Shown here in pieces: positions 57,222 through 58,219 of a stretch of DNA of 58,219 nt. The notes beneath the pieces were generated by a model that was not told the origin of the DNA, made no database searches, and saw only the letters and a program-made list of their open reading frames with translations. This DNA is from Eubacteriales bacterium (GTDB taxonomy: Bacteria; Bacillota; Clostridia; Oscillospirales; CAG-272). The stretch's first letter is position 1. Every line of letters starts with the position of its first letter. Location: positions 1 through 58,219 of the forward strand of contig JAZSGY010000047.1 of NCBI GenBank assembly GCA_045532985.1, given 5' to 3'. The translations under genes were made by a program, and so were the position numbers.

Positions 57222-57258
57222 AAGAACAGCAAAGCTTTTAACTTTGCTGTTCTTTTTT
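57222..57258 (+). terminator. Terminator after the membrane protein gene
   Basis: AAGAACAGCAAAG/CTTTGCTGTTCTT plus T-tract. Confidence 0.85.
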
Positions 57259-57455
57259 GTATGAAAAAGCTTTAATTTGACAAAGTCTTTTCAAATCGTT
57301 TTTCTTCATTTCTCAAATGCTCTCCCGCTTTAATTACACGGACTGACTTCAGAAAGCACCGTTTATTACACAGAACGACTAATTTTTCCCTATATTTGGA
57401 AATAATGCACAAACTTATCGGAAAAAGATTGTTTATTTTTTTGTTAAAAAATGGC

Positions 57456-57484
57456 TTGCATTTTATGGAAAATAATGCTAAAAT
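57456..57484 (+). promoter_or_regulatory. sigma-A promoter of spo0A
   Basis: TTGCAT-17 bp-TAAAAT with TG extension. Confidence 0.65.
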
Positions 57485-57532
57485 ATATTTGCTCTGGTAA
57501 AAAATAGTAGCTAAAAGAGAAAGGAATAAAAA

Positions 57533-58219
57533 ATGGACTACAAAACAAAAATTCTAATTGCCGACGAAAATGCAGAGCAGCGACAGAAGCTGTACGAAAA
57601 CCTGAAGGATGCCGGCTATCGCTTGATTGAAGAAGCGACCAACGGCGAGGATGCGCTGAAAAAGATCACTGCGTGGCATCCCGATCTTCTAATCATTGAC
57701 ATCTGGCTTTCAAAGCTCGACGGGATCGGCGTGATCAGGAGCCTATCGGGAATCTCGTTCGGTATGGACAAGCGTCCTGCCGTTCTTCTCGCTTCCATGG
57801 TTGCAAATCAGAACCTCTTTGTCGAAGCTACGAATGCAGGTGCTGATTTTTGCATTATGAAGCCGTACGACTATGATAGCGTGCGCACGCACATTGCTTC
57901 TCTGCTACGCTCACGAAACGTCTATCAGGAGTCATCCCGCGACCAAGATACCGAAATTGAATCGCAGGTTACTCGCATTATACATCAGATCGGTGTGCCT
58001 GCTCATATCAAGGGGTATCAGTATCTGCGCACTGCGATTCTAATGACGATTCAGGATAACGAGATCATCAACTCGGTCACGAAGATTCTTTATCCCTCGG
58101 TTGCGAAAAAATACTCCACTACAACCTCACGCGTTGAGCGTGCAATCCGCCATGCGATCGAGGTTGCATGGGATCGCGGTGATATTGATACCTTAAACTC
58201 CTATTTCGGATATACCATA
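57533..58219 (+). CDS. spo0A: Sporulation master regulator Spo0A; 3'-truncated by the window edge and absent from the ORF track
   Basis: Manual translation: [13 protein letters not shown]...[11 protein letters not shown]...MKPYD...[20 protein letters not shown]...[32 protein letters not shown]. Confidence 0.96.
   Translation, partial: MDYKTKILIADENAEQRQKLYENLKDAGYRLIEEATNGEDALKKITAWHPDLLIIDIWLSKLDGIGVIRSLSGISFGMDKRPAVLLASMVANQNLFVEATNAGADFCIMKPYDYDSVRTHIASLLRSRNVYQESSRDQDTEIESQVTRIIHQIGVPAHIKGYQYLRTAILMTIQDNEIINSVTKILYPSVAKKYSTTTSRVERAIRHAIEVAWDRGDIDTLNSYFGYTI

Noticed and set aside
54482-57258. Integrated prophage or ICE at tRNA-Ser
   Set aside because: No integrase or duplicated tRNA 3' end was seen, and core sporulation genes resume within 1 kb

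Overview
Core-genome segment of a spore-forming clostridial Firmicute, probably an Oscillospirales-like gut or rumen assembly (lineage is inferred from gene content). It holds the end of an electron-bifurcating [FeFe]-hydrogenase operon (hydB-hydA), aspartokinase, spoIIID and galE. A long minus-strand housekeeping run follows: infC-rpmI-rplT, trmH-dprA-topA-trmFO-plsX-rnc-radical SAM-smc-ftsY-rdgB-yhbY-nadD-yqeK-LCP-rsfS-leuS and rplU-prp-rpmA. Further on are lon-engB-S2P-scpAB-ytfIJ-dac-rluB, yqfCD-phoH-ybeY-era-recO-mutS2, ylbJ, SRP RNA-dnaX-ybaB-recR, sigK, tRNA-Ser, spoVT and a partial spo0A. I recognised no prophage, CRISPR-Cas or transposase. The most unusual feature is a gene-less ~360-bp element (about 4710-5068) in the centre of a perfect 16-bp palindromic terminator between two convergent genes. 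Its two junctions are ATCAC-N4-TT-N4-GTGAT sites and it has 22-bp subterminal inverted repeats, the geometry of serine-recombinase attL/attR or IS1111-type ends. It carries a mirror-symmetric array of 9-nt repeats, each separated by a different small hairpin. Other items are two promoter-terminator units with no ORF (candidate sRNAs near 6120 and 31160), an in-frame TAA at the Walker A lysine of smc, promoters embedded in coding sequences, a tandem degenerate class II aldolase and two orphan genes.
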